A DNA stretch of 64,000 bases from Octopus sinensis (Eukaryota): NCBI RefSeq assembly GCF_006345805.1, contig NC_043005.1, positions 59,024,001 to 59,088,000 of the forward strand, written 5' to 3'. The position numbers were made by a program, and so were the translations under genes. The notes beneath the pieces were generated by a model. That model worked only from the letters and a program-made list of their open reading frames with translations, did not search any database and was not told the origin of the DNA. This document shows, one piece after another, positions 13,656 to 25,706 of the stretch (positions are counted from its first letter, which is position 1; each line of letters begins with the position of its first letter).

Positions 13656-15398
13656 TATGTAAAGTGTGCATATTTTCCTTTTTTAATTTCCTATATACAT
13701 TACAAATCACCACGTGGGGATAATCGAAATTCCTCCTTTCTGTTACAACTACTATTTACCATACGTGGAACGGAAAATGCGACCAGAACCTACTTCAAAC
13801 TCATTGGATAAAATTACCAGCGAGGACATATTAAAAGAATTGAAAGAAATTAACTCAAATTTAGTTATTCTAACTAACAAAAGAGATGGACTAAATTACC
13901 GTACCTGAGAAAAAATGGAATTTAAACAAAGAAGACAGTCTACAGAACAAGTTAGTCAAAGTTTGAACAAATTATGCATGACACTACATTCATTTTTCAC
14001 AAATAACTTTGAGAAAGAATCATCACCAAAATACCGAAACCACAACGAAAATATGCCAATGTCAGCACATTTGATTAAAAGTTGAATTAGCCATATTTGG
14101 TCCAAAAATTTTAACGCTAGGAAATTTCCATTTTGGAACATGATAGAAAATAACAATAAAGCAGAAATATATGAAAAATGGATTAACTCAACACCTTTAA
14201 TTCTACCATGCAAACTACAAATTAAACCGATCCCAGAAGAACCCAAACAGCAAAGGAAACTTAAGGAGAAATTAGCATTAGAGAAAAATGAAAATAGAGA
14301 TTGAGTTATTCAAACTCAGAGCATCGTATAACGAACAAAAATACAAAAAGATCGATGAGGAAATGCACACCGAACTCAATAAACATGTTGATGAACAACT
14401 TTTGGAAAGTGTTATAAAACTATGGAAAGACAGCTGTGAGACGGAAGAAATAAATTCCCTGCAACGATGGGAAAACAGTGTTAATTTCTTCCTTAAATAT
14501 GAAGCTCAGTTTAAAAGAGACTACACTTCAGATAACCCCTTCCTAAAAAAATCCAGAACAAATGCATCTACAAAAATAAATACACGTCTACCTTGATCAA
14601 AGAAACAAAATCCAAAAGAACACAAACACAGAAAACTGACCCAACACCGCCTAGAATTAAACCATTGTCTATCTAATAACAGGAACTACTCATCAATTAG
14701 AAACACTAGAAGAAACCAACCTAGAGTTAGGGGTAATAACTTTTCTCCCCAGCAACTAGAAACATCCAAGAGATCCCCTTTACCCCTCAACGAAGAAACA
14801 ACATAATTAAGCACCCCAACAATTAATTCCAACGAAGAAACCCTATCCATGTGCTCCCAACCAGTTTACCCAGGCAGCAACACCAACCTTCCAGCAATCC
14901 CAATATAATAAGTAGTAATAATACTGATGTATTAATAACAATAATAACACCAATAATAACGTCTACCAACCAAATTGCAATAAACATTTTTTAGACCAAG
15001 TGGAAAGAAACGGACACGTGTTGGAACAAAACATACAGCAGAAACCCAAAGTGATTAACTTATCAAAGAAAACTCTCTCTATAACAAAAATCAATATACT
15101 AGCCAAAGGTTTAAAGTTTACTCCAGCCCCATGAAGATCTAACCATAATGAAATTAAAGACAGCATTTTGGAATTCTGCAGAAAACTACGACTCGCAGAA
15201 GCAATAACTGACTCCATTAATGAAGATGAATCACTAGTCAAAGACGAAAGTAATTACCTTCCACATAAGGGTAGGAATAAAACACTGGATGACTTCTGCA
15301 ACCATATCCAAAATTTCCCCTACACATCCATTAAACGAAAAATTAATCTGAACCTCAACAATCTAGAATGGAAAAATCTGACTGAACTACAAAACTGA
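13656..15398 (+). mobile_element. Penelope-like element, 5' part of ORF, truncated before the RT core
   Basis: VINLSKKTLS..ILAKGLKFTPAP..EFCRKLRLAE is typical of the PLE pre-RT region; multiple stops and frameshifts. Confidence 0.8.
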
Positions 15399-15414
15399 TT
15401 GAACTGCACCTAGT

Positions 15415-15690
15415 CATCATCATCATCATCATCATTTAACGTGTACTCTCCATGCTGGCCTGGGTTGGACGGTTTGACATGACTCTGGCTTGCAAGGAGC
15501 TGTCCAGACTCCAGCTGTCTGTTGAGGTGTGGTTTCTATGGCTGGATGACCTTCCTAATGCCAACCACTTAACAGAGTGTGTTGGATGACTTTTACTGGC
15601 ATGGTTGCATTTACACAGCACTAGCACAAGTGCATTGATGCAGCACCAGCACAGGTGCTCTTTAAGTAGCACCTGAAAGGACAAGCCTAT
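15415..15690 (-). mobile_element. RTE-type 3' UTR/tail fragment
   Basis: Reverse complement of ..aaccgtccaacccaggccagcatggagagtacacgttaaa(tga)n. Confidence 0.75.
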
Positions 15691-16091
15691 ATGTGTTGAA
15701 GACAGCAATTTTACTTAGCTTGGCAGTCTTATCAGTAAAACCGTGTTTTCCATACATACATGCTGAACAATGGGTTATATATTTGTTTTTAAGGTTTTCA
15801 TAAAAGCAGTGTAAGTGCTTTGGTTCTATTTTGTCTACCTTCAGATCAGTAGCTATATTTGGATATAAGTGTAGAAAGGTCATTGAAAGAATTCCAGTTA
15901 GAATTTTTTGTTGTTGTTGTATCTGTTACAGATCAGCAGGTTTATCTTTTTCAAATATTCATTCAATTGTATTAGATTTATTTCCTTTTTGTTTTTGTGA
16001 CATTGTATTATAACACATGTACTCAACCCAAGCTCTCATATTTTCCCTTACTGCTTCCTTAAGTTCCTTCAGTGAAATTCACCCAACAAAA

Positions 16092-16483
16092 TCTCTCTAT
16101 ATATAAAGCTGAAGTTGTCTGTGTATGGCAGGTTTGGTAGCCTTCAACTAACACTATCTCCTCTGAGACCCTGCGGCGCAAGTTGACCAAAATTGAGAGT
16201 ATGATAGAAGAAGGCTTGCTCTTCCTTCCGTAGAAGAAAATATTCAAATCGGACCATGTTAACATGAAAAATTATTTACATGAAAAAGGTGCTTTTTCTT
16301 CTATGAAAATCCCTATTTTTACGATTTTTTGACTGCTGTGTCGCCATTTTTCGGTGTATTTCAACCAGAAAAATGTTCACTTAAAGAGAATAACAAGCTA
16401 CATAATGCAAAATTTTTACTTTTCAAAACTTCCAATTCTAAAGGGTCAAAATAAACCCGAGCAACGCCGGGCGATACTACTAG
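16092..16483 (+). mobile_element. Non-autonomous Helitron, copy 2 (392 bp)
   Basis: A|TC start; hairpin cccgagcaacgccggg; CTAG|T end. Confidence 0.9.
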
Positions 16484-18192
16484 TATTTTATAATGATGGC
16501 CTTTTACCTTATATTCTGTTCCTTCTGTTTGATCCTATTAGTAGATATTACATACAATACTAACATTTCATATCTTATTCTCTCTTGTCGCATTTTAAAT
16601 AATCATTTTCAGAATTTACTGTTGTACAGTTAATAACACATGCATAAGCGACAGTAATTTAGCAAAACATTATTATAACTAAATGATTAAGATATATGTA
16701 TAATTTGCTTAATAAAATTTAAGAATTCTGGTTTAATTTTTAATCGTATGATACTTTTGCTTTAAATATTTCCATTTTAAATATAATTACATCACTGTTA
16801 CTCTTTAAACACATTACTAATAAGTCATAATTTACATATCTTCATTATCTCTCAAAAAATTCCAAGTATCATTATTTTCAATGTTATACCATTCCTGTTA
16901 TACAATAAATAATTCTCTAGATACATTGATTTGTATATTTACTGGTCATACGTTCCAAATATGTTAGATACTGTTGCATATATCACAGGAGAGTACTTTC
17001 TCCCTTTTACAACAACAGTGTCTTCATAACATCTTTCATTGGTGCAAGGGATTCAGAAACAATCATGTGTTGACATGTGATTTGTCTTCCAGAAACACCC
17101 CAGATCTTTGAGCTTAAACAAGTTGCTGGCTTTGTTTATAATTTCAGTGAACAAAAATGTTTGCTGATCAGTGCTTATACATGCTAACTGATAAAAAAAT
17201 CATTATTTGCACTTTTAATAAGATTAGAGTTATGCCACATTCTTCAAAATCATTGTTATTACTTTTACTCATTTTCTGTTTTTATAAGATAACATAACTT
17301 CTAATATATTTTACTTTGTAATTGCAATGGTTTTTCTCATGAAGTTTTATAAAAAAGATAACTCTTCCCTCTCTCTAAGTATCTGATAAACTTGGATATT
17401 GTTTACTTAGTAACTTAATTACATATTTCTCAGTATCTATATATTCAGAATTCTTGGTGTCTGTTTTTGTCATTATCTGTTGTTCATAAGATGAAACAAT
17501 AGATTTTGGCTGCAATAAAAACACATCATACTCTACTTTTTTGATAATTAGAATTGGATGGGTTTCTGTTTTGTGTTCTTGTATATATAAATGTCAGATG
17601 GACTTTATCTATGTTTTAGAGTACATCTCTTGTTAGACAATGTTGCACTGAATCTGACAAATGTCAATGATTACATTAATAACATAAGCATCTAAGAAAT
17701 ATTTGGTGACTTACACTATAAGTCAGTGTGGAAGTAGTTCCTTTGCTTAGGCAACTAGAAGACTCTCTGTGGGAATTGATAATCAAACAATCAATCAATC
17801 ACTCAATCAATATATAGAGGGCAGCCAAAGTGATCATAAGCAATTCTTAAAATGCTTCATATATTGCTTCTATCTTGAACAGAGGTTTTCTAATGGACTA
17901 ATTTCCTAGTTACAAAATCAGTGATTGTATAACACTGTGTTTTCTATATATTGCAAGCAAGGTAAACCACTACCATAACTGACAACAAGTACCTACCACC
18001 GAGGAGATCCAATAGAAATCAAAACTATGTGTTCAGGTCTTGAAGCTAGGGTGGCAGGATTTATCTGCCACTTGCAATGACCATTGGGTGTGAGAAGCAC
18101 ACTAAATAAACCAGCTAGAGGAGACGTCATCCTAGGGTTAAATGGCATTAGTGTTGCCTATGAGAGGACATCCACATTAAAGTGGCCATAAG

Positions 18193-18258
<66 letters not shown>

Positions 18259-18522
18259 CTGTAAAATAATATGTGACAATTGTTCAGTAGCCAAGATAAA
18301 ACATCTTTGGATGCCGAGGTAGAAATCCACACCACCATCGCTTCAGTTATCTGGCCAAATAACCAAAGAGATGGTGGTGTGGATTTCCACCTCGGCATCT
18401 GAAACTCAGAGTTTTATCTTGGCTACTGAATAATTGTCACATATTATTTTACAGATAAATTCCTCTATTTACATAATATTGAGGTCTCTTTCTTTCTTTT
18501 GTTATCTTACCGTTTTTACTAA
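18259..18522. mobile_element. Family H1, copy 2 (196-bp inverted repeat plus tail)
   Basis: Arms fold about ggcc at 18353-18356; each arm carries a degraded hammerhead-like motif; tail matches 3951-4019; (TA)n on both sides. Confidence 0.82.
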
Positions 18523-19133
18523 TATATATATATACACACACACCTAAAAGCATGCACATAAATTCATGTGGACATACATATACATACATACATACATACA
18601 GAAACAAATCTATACACAGCATACACACAAACACATACAAACATTCATAGCCACATGCATATATATATGCACACACAATATGTAATGTGAATAAATGAAG
18701 ATGGTGATTCCAGAGTTATAAGAGAAATGCTGATGAAGATAACTCATATATGAAAACTCATTTAATTATGTCACAAAGAATATGTCAATCACATTGAATC
18801 CATACAATACTAGTAGTTCAAAAGTATAAATCAGTGTAAAAATAACAGATATGAGTACAGTGTGTACTAAAATAGTTGTAGAAACGACTGCTTATATACA
18901 GAGTTATGGTATTGCTTAGCCATGAAAATAGATAAAAATTTCAGCTTATAATGCATGATGAAGTTAAGAGAAGATGATAGCAGTTCATAGCGATGTGATC
19001 AATTAAATAATGATTGAATTAGACACAATCAGACTTCGTATTTTACGAAGATGCTCACAAGAAAATTATTGTGGAATAATTAAAAAAAAAATTCTTGACA
19101 ATATTTCAAACTAATTTGTGTATCTTCTCATAA

Positions 19134-19164
<31 letters not shown>

Positions 19165-20559
19165 ATAAGCTAAAAGAAATATTCTTTACATAATGTCTGT
19201 GTGGGTTTCAGAGTATGCATATCAGAATGTATGTGTCTGTGTGACAGTGTTGTTTTCTGAGTGATGATGTGAGCTCATGTAAATAGAAGAACATGTTCTG
19301 GTTGTCTACAAAAAAACTATGGGTCGTTTTGTGTCCCATAGAATTGATCAGTCTTTCTGTAAGAATGATTCATGCTAGCAAAATAAAGTGGATGGGTAAG
19401 TTGGAAGTAGCCAAGAGAAAGAACCAACCACATAACTAAAATTTCTAAGAGTTAACCTTTATTTAATCAAGGTATTCTCAGACTGGTGATTAACTAGGTT
19501 GAGTACCTGTCATTGAGTAATTATTACAGCAGAGGATCAACCAGCTAAGAAAAATATATAGCCTGCATTTTCTCCATTCCACTCCCTCAATTTGAATTTT
19601 TGTTCATATTTTAGCAAGTGTAGTCGTTACTTCTGGCAAGAATAGTTGCCATAGTGAAGTATACAGAAAATTTCATCTTATGGCTAAGTTGAAAGGATTG
19701 GTCATTGGTAAACAGTATTCTGCAAATCCAAAAGTGTCAAGGGAGTAATTGATAGATTTAATGCAGCATAATTATAGCAATAATGATAAATGGATGATTT
19801 CAGTGTCACTACATATGTTTCAGTAGCAAATTTTATCATTAACAGATTGCATCATATAATTTGGTGTGAAATAACATGCAGCATCATAAAGATTATACAA
19901 TAATGTGTTTTCATAATTAATCACATCGTCAGATGGTACTCCCTTAGAGTTTTATTAGGTGATATGTCACCAATGGGATTATGGTAAGTACTACAATTCC
20001 ATTGGTGGAATAAAATCATCAAATAAACCTTAAATGGAAGTGTTATTTAATGGCATGATCAGAATCCCGTTGATGGCATATCACTTAATAAACCTCTAAT
20101 GGAATATTACCTGATGATGTGGCAAGATATGTAAAAGCATTACTGCATAATCTTATATGGTGTCACATGTTATTGCATGTGAAATTATATGACACAATTT
20201 ATCTATAATAACATTTCTTACTGAGAGATATGAAGTAATACTTAAATTATTCATGTGTTTCATCTTCATTACTATATATGTGTATGCATGTGTGTGGGGT
20301 GGGTGGGGATTGAGGATGTATGTGTATGAGTGTGCATGAGTGTATTGGGTTGTCAGCTAAATTCATTGGTTTTTTTTATCCTTAATTATCATCAACAGTT
20401 TTAATAAATCAGTTGATAGTATATTCTCACTCATTGTCAACAGCTCCTTACCAATGTTCCACTAGCTTGTCAATGCCTTCATTGTAGAAATCGTCAGGTC
20501 TTGACTAAAAGAATCCATTGAGTCACAGCTTCAGATCCATGTCATTATATAATCTTTTC

Positions 20560-20768
20560 TACTCTAGACACAAATCCTGAAGTTTTTTTGGGAGAAGGCC
20601 AGTCGATTAGATCGACCCCAGTATCCAACTGGTACTTCATTTATCAACCCTGAAAGGATGAAAGGCAAAGTCGACCTCGGCAGAATTTGAACTCAGAAGT
20701 AAAGACAGACAAAATACTACTAAGCATTTCACCTGGTATGCTAACATTTCTGCCAGCTCGCCGCCTTC
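20560..20768 (-). mobile_element. SINE family B
   Basis: Reverse complement of ggcgagctggcagaa..gagttcaaattc..gtcgactttgcctttcatcc. Confidence 0.8.
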
Positions 20769-20789
20769 ATGTTTTTATATAATGAAACA

Positions 20790-21077
20790 CCACATAGACT
20801 GTTAAAGAAAAGCTAAAACTGATAAGAATCTGAAGGTGTCATATCAGAAGAATAGGACAGGTGCAGTAGAACTTCCCAACTAAGCTACGGAGTAACATTT
20901 TTGATTAAATTTAGCAGCATGGTAATGTGTGTTGTTATGCTGAAGAAGTACATGATATTACTGATCTGGTCATTTCAGTTGGACTTCCTTGCTGGGCCAG
21001 TTCATTTGCCGAATTCAAAAGTGTGTGTTCATTGTGTAGTTGTCCGCAGGCATTGTGTAGTGGATTAGCACTTCCCA
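20790..21077 (-). mobile_element. mariner transposase C-terminal fragment
   Basis: With frameshifts: DWExLIHY..VLLQHNNTLP..LSWEVLLHLSYSSDMTPSD, matching HDNARP / GWEVLPHPPYSPDLAPSD. Confidence 0.65.
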
Positions 21078-21547
21078 GTCAGAGAACCAAAGCATGCTAT
21101 GTCAGTGGGTTTTCAGCATTGTAAAATAACCACTTGACATGGTTCAAACAGCTTTCCTGTGTCTTTGCAAATATGAATTAACCACTTCTTTGTATATACA
21201 ACTCATGTTGAATATCCTCATGCTCCAAATTTCTGATAATGGCCTATGACATCTGAAGTTCTCTGGTAAAAAGAGTCTTTGATTTTTTTGGATCGTCGTG
21301 GATAATATTTCAAACAGGCTGAATGAATTGCAGCGTCCTTATATTATCTGAAGATTTGGAACGTTTTTTTGTTTCAGTTACAGTTGAAACATTCCCACCT
21401 GAGGCTTCAAATTCCAGCCAAAACTATGTATACAACAGATCTGTAACATTTAGAAGGTTGATGGCATTTTAAATTGCAGTGTTCTGCACATATGGCAAAA
21501 ATGATTGCATGACCTTTCATTTCTTCTTTTAGCAATTCATCTGCCAT
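21078..21547 (-). mobile_element. maT-like (DD37D) transposase N-terminal fragment
   Basis: With frameshifts: MADELLKEEMKGHAII..EASGGNVSTV..IIHDDPKKS..IIRNLEHEDIQ..MLWFSD; family assignment is from recalled similarity. Confidence 0.6.
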
Positions 21548-21670
21548 GGAGGATCTGAAACAGAACCTTTTAATAGGCTCAAAGAGAGTAATATATACTG
21601 ATAATTAAATGTCCCCAAATATCCCTCATACCACACACACAGACATACAGGCATATATATATGTGTGTTA

Positions 21671-21795
21671 CTTTCTGTTGAAGAGTGTAGGCTTGAAACG
21701 TAAAATACATTCTCACCTTTGCGAGCATTAAACTAATACACTTGTTTGTTGTTTACACACCTGTCTTAGTCTTTTCTTTTCTTGTAAATTATAAC

Positions 21796-21800
<5 letters not shown>
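21671..21800 (+). mobile_element. PLE-terminus-like repeat with degenerate minimal hammerhead
   Basis: cttt-ctgttga-a-gagt/gtag/gctt-gaaac-gt-a-aaata; related remnant at 50497-50540. Confidence 0.5.
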
Positions 21801-21863
<63 letters not shown>

Positions 21864-22016
21864 ATATACTTAGCAGTTGGGCAAAAGTGGCCGATAGAAT
21901 AAGTATTAGGCTTACAAAGAATAAGTCCTGGGGTTGATTTGCTCAACTAAAGGTGGTGCTTGCTCTAGCATGGCCGCAGTTAAATAACTGAAACAAGTAA
22001 GAGTAAAAGAGTATTC

Positions 22017-22572
22017 TCTAGATAATAGTTAGAAGGTGTAGACATATAATAAATAGTAACTTACCATATTGGGGTAAATCTATTTATAGTTTATTATTAT
22101 AGAGATTAGTAATAAGTAGAAGTTATTAATAGTTAAAATGTTTATCGAATAGATTAAATATATATTAGAAATTTATTCAAAAACCTATGTAGTAATTATG
22201 TACAGAAAAAATTATATAAATAGATAATTGTATGATTAATATATTGTTTGTATTCATACACAAAAAAGTACCTATTTCAAAAAGAGTTTGATACAACATA
22301 GGTACTTTTGTGTATGAATATGAATATTAATATATTCATGTGTCGGTGGCACATAAAAACACACCATCCGAGCGTGGTCGTCTGCTAGCCTTGTCTGGCA
22401 CCTGTGTCGGTGGCACATAAAATCACCCACTACACTCTCGGAGTGGTTGGCGTTAGGAAGGGCATCCAGCTGTAGAAACACTGCCAGATCTGACTGGTCT
22501 GGTGCAGCCTTCGGGCTCCCCAGACCCCAGTTGAACCGTCCAACCCATGCTAGCATGGAAAGCGGACGTTAA

Positions 22573-22604
<32 letters not shown>

Positions 22605-22848
22605 AATCATACAATTCTATATTTATATAATTTTTTCTATATATAATTACTACACAGAATTTTGCACATATTTATTATATAAATTTGATCTATTGGATAA
22701 ACATTCTAACTATTAATAACTTCTACTTACTACCAATCTCTATAATAATAAACTATAAATCAATTTACCCCAATATTAATATGATACTTACATACAAGGT
22801 AAATTAATATTTATTATATATCCCTATACCTCCTAATTATTATCTAGA
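22017..22848. repeat. Long AT-rich inverted repeat interrupted by an RTE tail
   Basis: Arms ~22017-22240 and ~22604-22848; inner hairpin 22251-22320. Confidence 0.8.
22338..22604 (+). mobile_element. RTE-type 3' UTR fragment with (TGA)n tail
   Basis: Near-identical to 38900-39161. Confidence 0.85.
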
Positions 22849-23004
22849 CTATATCAATATATATTTACTTTCCCACTAAATATTCACCCTATGTTCCTCT
22901 TTACAGGTTTATACCAAACTTATCCATCTAAAAATATTCAGTTTACTGTAATGTTCCATATACTTAACACCCAATAATATATTGGTGTATCTTCTTTCCT
23001 GCCT

Positions 23005-23083
23005 CTGATGAGATTCTGCTTTATAAAGTGATTTAATTATTACAATTATAATCTTTAAAGTTGAATTGAAACAGCTGTTAGAG
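23005..23083 (+). ncRNA. Degenerate hammerhead-like motif
   Basis: CUGAUGA-GAUUC..GAAUU-GAAAC-AGCU-GUU; palindromic stem III acagctgt; stem I only ~2 bp. Confidence 0.3.
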
Positions 23084-23266
23084 ATCATGATTATTTTTGT
23101 AATTAATAAATATACTTATTGATGTATCTCCACATTCTTATATTTCTTGAATAAATAAATCAATAAATATATATACTCATCTCTGTAATATATATATGTG
23201 CATGTATATATGTATATATATAGATATAGATATATATACATACACACACACACACACACACACACA

Positions 23267-23486
23267 CTTTATTAACAAAGCTGCAATGACATCACTCAGA
23301 GTTTCATATTCCCACTTGTCAGAGTGTTTCTCAACTAAAACTGTCCAATGAATGGAATGTGAAACTCCGAATAACAGTTTTTGTGATGTCTTTGCAGCTT
23401 TATTAATAAAGCATATTACACCACCTCCAATATTTGAGTTCTATTTTTTCCATCTTGTTTCACATTTATGTGCTTCCTCTGGTATA
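23267..23486. mobile_element. Inverted hammerhead-like mini-element, family H2, copy 1
   Basis: Outer arms 23267-23293 and 23385-23411 (25/27 match); two opposed degraded motifs; tail shared with 54610-54716; flanked by (CA)n/(TA)n. Confidence 0.7.
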
Positions 23487-23641
23487 CATATACATATGCA
23501 TACATACATACATACGTACGTACGTATATATGTATGTGTGTGTGACACCCTGGGTGTCTTCTACTATAGCCTTGGACTGACCAAGACCTTGTGAATGGAT
23601 TTGGTAGACGGAAACTGAAAGAGGTCTTTTTTATATATATA

Positions 23642-24507
23642 CAGGATGCGGTGAATAAACTGTTGTCTAAATTATGCAAAAATGAAAATTGCACTCACGA
23701 ATCATTCTAACATATATATTTACCAAAATTAACTAAAAATATCTTAAAATACTAAAGAGTAAGTTTAGTCAATAAAATTGCCATTGGCATCAACCACAAC
23801 ATCCAGATGACTCTGGAATCTCCTTCAACTCTTCAGGACGGTCTCCTTGTTTAAGTTGGTGAATACTGCCATAATCTTTGCCTTTAGTTCATCTTTGATG
23901 TAACAAGGAGTTTTATTGGTCTCTCATTCAACTGTGCCTCACACATAACAATCAAGTAGGGTTTTAGTTTGGGGAGTTAGGTGGCCAGATTTTAGGGGTG
24001 ATGTGGTCACAGAAATTGTCTTACAGACATGACTGGGTTTTACTGCTTGTCTGGCATTGTGCAGAGTCCTATTGCCTGACATGGTCTTCCAGCAGCCACC
24101 CTCTTGATCCAGGGCAGCTCTACTTCCTCCAGGCACTTGATGTAGGCCTCCATGTTGACTTCGAAGGAAGATGAATGGAGGTGTAATGTTACCATCATTA
24201 GTGCCCACTCAAACACAATGATGTTGACCGGGTGTTTGATTTTTATCACTCAGTGCATGCACTGTCCTCAGATTGACACCAAAACACCTTGAAATGTTTG
24301 TATTGGAGCTTCCAGTATGAATACTAAGCAGTAAAGCATATCATTTCCAAATTTTTGGCATAGTGAATAGCATCATGATATTGTTTTTCTCATAGATGCT
24401 TCCCAATTGACCCTACTATACTGTGTAGTTAACAAAATCTAAAACAAACAATGCACATGCACAAAATTAAAAATATAAAATGACAACAATTTACCCACCA
24501 CACCCTG
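23642..24507 (-). mobile_element. Internally deleted maT-like (DD37D) transposon, 866 bp
   Basis: 26-bp TIRs (21/26 match) with TA flanks; KIKHPVNI..EAYIKCLEEVELPWIKRVAAGRP..KIWPPNSP..ANGNF. Confidence 0.85.
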
Positions 24508-24533
24508 TATATATATGTGTGTGTGTGTGTTTG

Positions 24534-25706
24534 TCAGTCGTTAACACGAATGTTTTATCCAGACAATTCTTTGTTTTACAACATTGAAGAGTTACATCAT
24601 CACTTTCCGAAATGCAATTCATGGTGTCTGATTATATTGTGAGTTTTCTCTTGTAAATCAATTTTTGTGAATTCATGGATAGATCAAAAATTCGTGTTGT
24701 TTATGAACATGAGTTCCGTCATGGATCTAATGCATCCGAGACAACTCTAAAGATCAGTGAGGTATTTGGGGAAGATGTGATAAATGAGCACACAGCACAT
24801 CGATGGTTTGAGAAGTTCTGGTATGGTGACTTTACTCTTGTAAATCAGCGCCATGGTAGGGCTGAGACCAAGGTGGATAATGATGAGCTGGAAACTGCAG
24901 TGGAAGTGGATACATTTCAAACTACACGTGACTCAGTAGCAAGGTTTGATGTTTCGATTCCAACTGTATTGGACCATCTGAAAAAAACTGGCATGGTAAA
25001 GAAGCTGGACAAGTGGGTACCACATGAACTGAACGTGCATCAAATTAACGTCGTCTTGAAACTTGCTGTTCTTTGCTGTCGTGGCATAAAAGCGAACCAT
25101 TTTTGCATCGTATTGTTACGTGTGATGAAAAATGGATTCTTTTCAACAATAGCAAGTGTTCTGCATGGTGGTTGGATAGAGACGATATGCCAAATCACAA
25201 TCCAGTAAAGAATATTCACCAAAAAAGGTTAATTGTGTCTGTTTGGTGGTTCAGCATTTGTGTCAACCACTACAGCTTCATGAGACCTGGTAAGTCAATT
25301 ATAGCAGATGTATACATCAACCAGCTGGATGAAATGATGAGTGAACTTGCAAGTAAACAGAAGAGACAGGCCAACCACATGTTGCACAAGGAACTTAGAA
25401 GTATTCTGTCATCCACCATGTTCACCAGACCTTGCACCAACTGACTATCATGTTTTCCAGGCATTAGACAATATTTTGCAAGGAAAAACTTCAAATCTGA
25501 AGAAGATACAAAAATAGCCTTTCATGATTTCCTCACCTCTTGCTCTCCAGAATTCTTCACTGCTGGCATAAATAAGCTACCGATAAAATGGCAAAATTGT
25601 GTTCATAATTTAGGTGCATACTTTGATTAACTACATTGCATTTTGTTGAGATAAATTAAAATAAACTTTAAGTTCAAAATCAGACATTTCAGTCTTAATG
25701 ACCTGA
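24534..25706 (+). mobile_element. Decayed mariner (DD34D)
   Basis: MDRSKIRVVYEHEF..WVPHEL, VTCDEKW, HPPCSPDLAPTDYHVF; right TIR ..aatgacctga|ta, left TIR degenerate; HDNA region deleted. Confidence 0.9.
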
